From the IMG/VR virus record IMGVR_UViG_3300042562_001598, positions 218,193 through 282,192 of that record: DNA of 64,000 bases; one strand, written 5' to 3'. The notes beneath the pieces are model-generated. The model was not told the origin of the DNA and ran no database searches. It saw only the letters and a list, made by a program, of their open reading frames with translations. This document shows, piece by piece, positions 60,501 through 64,000 of this stretch (positions within the stretch are counted from its first letter, which is position 1; every line of letters begins with the position of its first letter). The translations under genes were made by a program, and so were the position numbers.

Positions 60501-63500
60501 GGATTAGAGACCATTAGTAATTATTCTAACTTTATTGGTGCTGAAGCTGGTTATCAATCAATAACAACAGGTAATGCGTATATTAACTTTATTGGTACTC
60601 GTACTGGTTATCAATCAACTGGTAGTACTGTATCAAATTTTATAGGTTATCAAGCAGGTTATCAAAGTAGTGATAGTATACATTCTAATTATTTAGGTTC
60701 TAATGCTGGTTATCAAAGTAGTGGTAATACATATGTTAATAGTATAGGGATTAATGCTGGTTATCTATCTTCAGGAACAACTAGTTCAAATTTTATGGGT
60801 ACTAGTGCTGGTAGAGAGTCTAGTTCTGATTACTCTAACTTTTTAGGTTATCAAACAGGTTATGGTACAATAGGTTCTAATTATTCTAATTTTATCGGAT
60901 ATAATGCGGGGAATAGTGCGTCTACTTCCACCAATTCAAATTTTATTGGTTATTCTGCGGGTTATTCATCTACAGGAACAACAACTAGTAATTTTATTGG
61001 TTATAATGCGGGTAAAAGTTCAGATAGTGTAATTGCTTCTAATTTTATTGGTCTTAATGCGGGTAATCTATCAACAGGAACAACAAATACTATTTTTATT
61101 GGAACTAATGCCGGACTTCAGTCAAATAATAATTCGTCAGCTAATTTTATCGGTAACTCAGCGGGTTGGTTAAGTAATGATAACTTAAATGGAACTTTTA
61201 TTGGTACAAGTGCGGGTAGAAATGGTAGTGGTAACACATATAGTAATTTTATTGGTTATCAAGCGGGATATTTATCTTCAGGTAATACTGTTGCAAACTT
61301 TATAGGTCAAAACGCGGGTTATTTGTCAAGTAACTCTTCTTATTCTAATTTATTTGGTTTTGAAGCTGGTAGTACATCTACAGGTAATACATACTCTAAT
61401 TTTATAGGTAGAGGTGCTGGTATTACAACAACTAATGCGAATAATAGTAATTTTATAGGGTTATATGCTGGTAGAGGTGCGAATAGTTCATCTTATTCTA
61501 ATTTTATTGGTAATAACGCAGGATACGAAGCTAATGGTTCTGGTGATTCTAATTTCATTGGTAAAAGTGCTGGTTACCAAGCTACCGGTTCAACTAGTTC
61601 TAACTTTATAGGTGTTAGTTCCGGTTATTTAGCGAAAGGGTCTTACGACGCTAATTTTATTGGTAGAGAAAGTGGTTATCAAGCTACCGGAGCTTATGGT
61701 TCTAATTTTATAGGTAAAGGTGTTGGTCAATCAGCAACAAACGCATTTTATTCTACTTTTATAGGTGTTCAAACTGGTTATCAGGCGATTGAATCTACTA
61801 ATTCAAACTTTATAGGTTATAACACAGGTTATTCTGCGAGTGGAGCGACAGGTTCAAATTTTATGGGACAATACGCTGGTTATGGGGCGACAGATGCTGC
61901 GGCTTCTAACTTCATAGGTAGTTTTGCCGGTAGTGGTGCGTCAGGTTCTTACTATTCTAATTTTATGGGTCAAAATGCCGGTAAAAGTGCGTCAAACTCA
62001 GTCCTTTCTAATTTTATTGGTTATTCGGCTGGTAGTGGAGCGACCAATGTTAATACTTCAAACTTTTTAGGTCAAAATGCGGGTAGTGGTGCGACTAATG
62101 TTGTTAGTTCTAATTTTATTGGTTCAAACGCTGGTAATAGTGCTAAAAGTTCTAATTATTCTAATTTTATAGGTAATAATGCTGGGTACGAAACAACAGG
62201 GTCTAGTTATTCAACTTTAATTGGTTATGCTGTTGGTAGAACATTTACTAATAACAATATTGGTTCAAATAATATTATTATCGGAACAAATGTTACATTA
62301 CCAAATGGTACTACAAATAGTATTAACATCGGAGGTGTTTTATTTGGTTCTAACACTTATTCAACAATAACAGGAAATCCAATTACAGGTGCAACCTCAA
62401 CAGGTAAAATAGGTATTAATGTTGTTACACCAACTGAAGCATTACATGTATCGGGTAATACTCTTATTGATGGAAGTTTAACTGCGACTACCTTAAACAT
62501 ACGAACTTTAGGTGGTGGAACATCAGTAACTAATTTAGGTGTTGATTCGTTAGGTAATGTTGTTACTGGAACTACAGGTGGTAATACATCCCCAATTTCA
62601 GTTATTAGTGGAAGTTCATTATTCTCAACAGGGTTAAGTAATACAGGTCTTAATGCTTCTGGTGTTACTAATAGTATATTTTTTGGTGTTAGTGCTGGTC
62701 ATACTGCGACAGGTGCTACTAACTCAAACTTTTTAGGTTTAGACGCGGGTAATGGAGCGACAAATGCCGCTCAATCAAACTTTATTGGTTATCAAGTTGG
62801 TCTTACCGCCACAGGGGCTTCATTTTCAAACTTTATAGGTTGGAATGCTGGTAATGGTGCGAAACTTGGTTATAGTTCAAACTTTATAGGTATAGAAGCT
62901 GGTAGAGATGCGACAAATGCTAATGACTCAAACTTTATGGGTACTTATGCTGGTAAGGCGGCTACAGGAGCTTATCAATCAAATTTCTTTGGTATTAGTG
63001 CTGGTTTTCAAGCTACAGGTGCTTATCAATCAAATTTTATGGGTAATCAAGCTGGTTATGGTGCTACAGGTGCTACTAACTCTAATTTCTTTGGTCCGAG
63101 CGCTGGTTTTCAAGCGATAAATGCTAATCAATCAAACTTTCTTGGTATTAGTGCGGGTAATGGTGCGACAAATGCTAATGATTCAAATTTCTTTGGTTTA
63201 CAAGCTGGGTATCTAGCAACAGGTTCTAGTTATTCTACGTTCATAGGTTATTATGCTGGTAGAACTGCGACAAACGCTAGTAACTCAAACTTTATGGGTT
63301 ATCAAGCTGGTGGCGGAGCGACAGGTGCTAGTAACTCAAATTTTATGGGTCAGAATGCGGGTAATAGTGCGACAGGTGCTACTAACTCTAATTTCTTTGG
63401 TGGTCAAGCTGGTTATTTAGCGACAAATGCGAGTTATTCAAATTTTCTTGGTTATTTTGCGGGTTATCAAGCGACAGGTGTTACTCAGTCAAACTTTTTA

Positions 63501-64000
63501 GGATTACAAGCTGGTCAAAATGCTACAAATGCGACCTATTCTAATTTCTTTGGTAGTAACGCTGGTAATGGTGCAACAACCGCTAATAATTCTAACTTCT
63601 TTGGTTCTAATGCTGGTAATGGAGGTAAAAACGCTTATCATTCTAATTTTATCGGTAATAATGCGGGTAATGGTGCGACTGATGCTAATAGGTCTAATTT
63701 TATAGGTGTTAACGCTGGATATCAGGCGACAGGCTCAACTCTTTCAACATTTATTGGTTATCAAGCGGGGTACAACGCAATCGGTAGTACTACACCTGGT
63801 TCTAATAATATTATTATAGGTACAAACATAACATTAAGTGCGGGTACATCAAATAGTATTAATATTGGTGGTGTGTTATTTGGTAGTGGAACTTATTCGT
63901 CAACTGCTGGTAATCCAACTACAGGTGCAACCTCAACAGGTAAAATAGGTATTAATGTTGTTACACCAACTGAAGCATTACATGTATCAGGTAATACACT
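57591..64000 (+). CDS. Giant repeat-rich fibre/adhesin (>2,130 aa, runs off window; absent from ORF track)
   Basis: ATG 57591 after TATTTAT (57562-57568); same frame checked at 58020 (GSHAEG), 60000 (ASTISLSNFIG) and 63960 (VTPTEALHVSG); 14-aa SHAEG and 17-aa SNFIG..AG repeats. Confidence 0.9.
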   Translation, partial: MRLTDRVLATGITSTDLLHIVITGDTTQSPEGSSYKASIGQIQTFFGQQLIITGTGITSSIRRDSGNSASGNFSSSIPGSGNTSSGHLSYSEGENTLSSGRTSHSEGGNTIAGGDYSHVEGFNSEAYGNYAHAEGFNTLASGFGSHAEGGDTIASGNGSHAEGKNTQAIGTYSHVEGSYNIASGISSHSEGYYTQSNGENSHSEGTFSIATGDNSHAEGNLTNSVGENSHAEGSETIASGISSHAEGYLTQAIGDYSHSGGHNTIASGETSFIHSKDSTVYSDYSSILGGSGNTITGLTVSSGSSNNTAIIGGNNNLISNQTIDLGYANGIGDSVNSTIIGGQYNSIYGHKNSSIIGGSGNTIHFDFPIVYNDSEIIAGSIDSLITATTISSIISSSGSTLFATNQTSILGGKNNFAVFYDNSLILGGEDNTIGVLGNPTGPGLNTVIVGGKNHKTTVGLVQSVILGGENITATTDNTVYTPYLNIQSATTDNNVTNVLVRDTDGSVKLKTVSSFSGTSLYWYAENSTPPTTAPLASGTGSIALGNGAEALGGDMFVYGTNAGSGTTGADFSNFIGAQAGIAATNSTGSNFIGPGAGQSATNSNDSNFIGNGAGLNATDASLSNFIGGNAGSSTVYSYYSNFIGFNAGQAAINSNNSNFIGENAGNNAINANDATFIGSRAGENTTNVSNSTLIGEYAGSGATGVTDSNFIGNGAGQGAKNLIYSNFEGYQSGFEASGSSYSNFSGFYAGYKSNTSTYSNLIGHRPGYESVGIINSNLIGVDAGYQSTGLVNVNLIGRYAGRQASTISLSNFIGYFAGYLSSGNTVANFIGQNAGYLSSSSSYTNIFGYEAGSTSTGNTYSNFIGRGAGMSATTSYNSNFIGLYAGRSANSSYYSNFIGNNAGYESINNTYGNFIGLSAGYQSTGNTYGNFIGNQAGYQSTGNTYGNFIGTNAGRGASNSLNSNFIGSSAGLETISNYSNFIGAEAGYQSITTGNAYINFIGTRTGYQSTGSTVSNFIGYQAGYQSSDSIHSNYLGSNAGYQSSGNTYVNSIGINAGYLSSGTTSSNFMGTSAGRESSSDYSNFLGYQTGYGTIGSNYSNFIGYNAGNSASTSTNSNFIGYSAGYSSTGTTTSNFIGYNAGKSSDSVIASNFIGLNAGNLSTGTTNTIFIGTNAGLQSNNNSSANFIGNSAGWLSNDNLNGTFIGTSAGRNGSGNTYSNFIGYQAGYLSSGNTVANFIGQNAGYLSSNSSYSNLFGFEAGSTSTGNTYSNFIGRGAGITTTNANNSNFIGLYAGRGANSSSYSNFIGNNAGYEANGSGDSNFIGKSAGYQATGSTSSNFIGVSSGYLAKGSYDANFIGRESGYQATGAYGSNFIGKGVGQSATNAFYSTFIGVQTGYQAIESTNSNFIGYNTGYSASGATGSNFMGQYAGYGATDAAASNFIGSFAGSGASGSYYSNFMGQNAGKSASNSVLSNFIGYSAGSGATNVNTSNFLGQNAGSGATNVVSSNFIGSNAGNSAKSSNYSNFIGNNAGYETTGSSYSTLIGYAVGRTFTNNNIGSNNIIIGTNVTLPNGTTNSINIGGVLFGSNTYSTITGNPITGATSTGKIGINVVTPTEALHVSGNTLIDGSLTATTLNIRTLGGGTSVTNLGVDSLGNVVTGTTGGNTSPISVISGSSLFSTGLSNTGLNASGVTNSIFFGVSAGHTATGATNSNFLGLDAGNGATNAAQSNFIGYQVGLTATGASFSNFIGWNAGNGAKLGYSSNFIGIEAGRDATNANDSNFMGTYAGKAATGAYQSNFFGISAGFQATGAYQSNFMGNQAGYGATGATNSNFFGPSAGFQAINANQSNFLGISAGNGATNANDSNFFGLQAGYLATGSSYSTFIGYYAGRTATNASNSNFMGYQAGGGATGASNSNFMGQNAGNSATGATNSNFFGGQAGYLATNASYSNFLGYFAGYQATGVTQSNFLGLQAGQNATNATYSNFFGSNAGNGATTANNSNFFGSNAGNGGKNAYHSNFIGNNAGNGATDANRSNFIGVNAGYQATGSTLSTFIGYQAGYNAIGSTTPGSNNIIIGTNITLSAGTSNSINIGGVLFGSGTYSSTAGNPTTGATSTGKIGINVVTPTEALHVSGNT
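60039..61525 (+). repeat. ~260-bp internal duplication in the giant ORF
   Basis: GCGGGATATTTATCTTCAGGTAATACTGTTGCAAAC... at ~60039-60300 and ~61263-61525, near-identical. Confidence 0.85.
62384..63988 (+). repeat. 69-bp exact direct repeat, with a diverged third copy at ~51800-51860
   Basis: TACAGGTGCAACCTCAACAGGTAAAATAGG...CATGTATC at 62384-62452 and 63920-63988. Confidence 0.9.

Noticed and set aside
60039-61525. Diversity-generating retroelement TR/VR pair
   Set aside because: Differences between copies include T/C changes and are not confined to adenines of one copy; both copies are coding and no reverse transcriptase is in the window.
1642-63705. Short shadow ORFs in the track (e.g. 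1642, 2497, 2873, 3681, 9248, 9252, 12044, 12487, 18954, 53422, 58060, 59137, 59504, 62908, 63520)
   Set aside because: They overlap well-supported genes antisense or out of frame and reflect codon or repeat bias, with no motifs of their own.
1-64000. tRNA, rRNA or ribozyme genes
   Set aside because: No cloverleaf or T-loop signatures were seen in the few intergenic gaps, and the 43.65-43.70 kb stem lacks the hammerhead CUGAnGA core. No covariance search was run.

Overview
This window is from a large, AT-rich (roughly 25-30% GC by eye) T4-like tailed-phage genome read in the standard genetic code. A Bacteroidota host is suggested by A-rich leaders lacking Shine-Dalgarno sites and a DUF4494-like gene; this is inference. 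Layout: (1) 0.2-15.3 kb (+) head module with UVR-domain, KTSC and nucleotidyltransferase genes, acidic head-associated proteins, TerL, portal, prohead protease, scaffold and an enlarged Cys-containing major capsid protein, followed by a convergent Hef-like homing endonuclease. (2) 17-25 kb small putative PG-binding proteins and (-) baseplate-type genes. (3) 25-43.7 kb (-) a gp55-like late sigma factor, PhoH and a ~18 kb glycan-biosynthesis block (gmd, fcl, an oxidoreductase/epimerase trio, FkbM methyltransferase, about 11 glycosyltransferase-like genes) with dUTPase and a PolB-type exonuclease. (4) A second free-standing endonuclease whose 3' end overlaps a glycosyltransferase gene. That gene is interrupted by a 5-nt TAGGT duplication (GGT-TAG-GT) at the foot of a GC-rich stem, a candidate translational hop/frameshift site. 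(5) 47.4-64 kb (+) modular fibre/adhesin genes, including a >2,100-aa repeat ORF missing from the ORF track. A TATTTAT motif precedes most operon-first genes. No tRNA, rRNA or CRISPR array was seen. All calls are from manual motif recognition; no searches were run.
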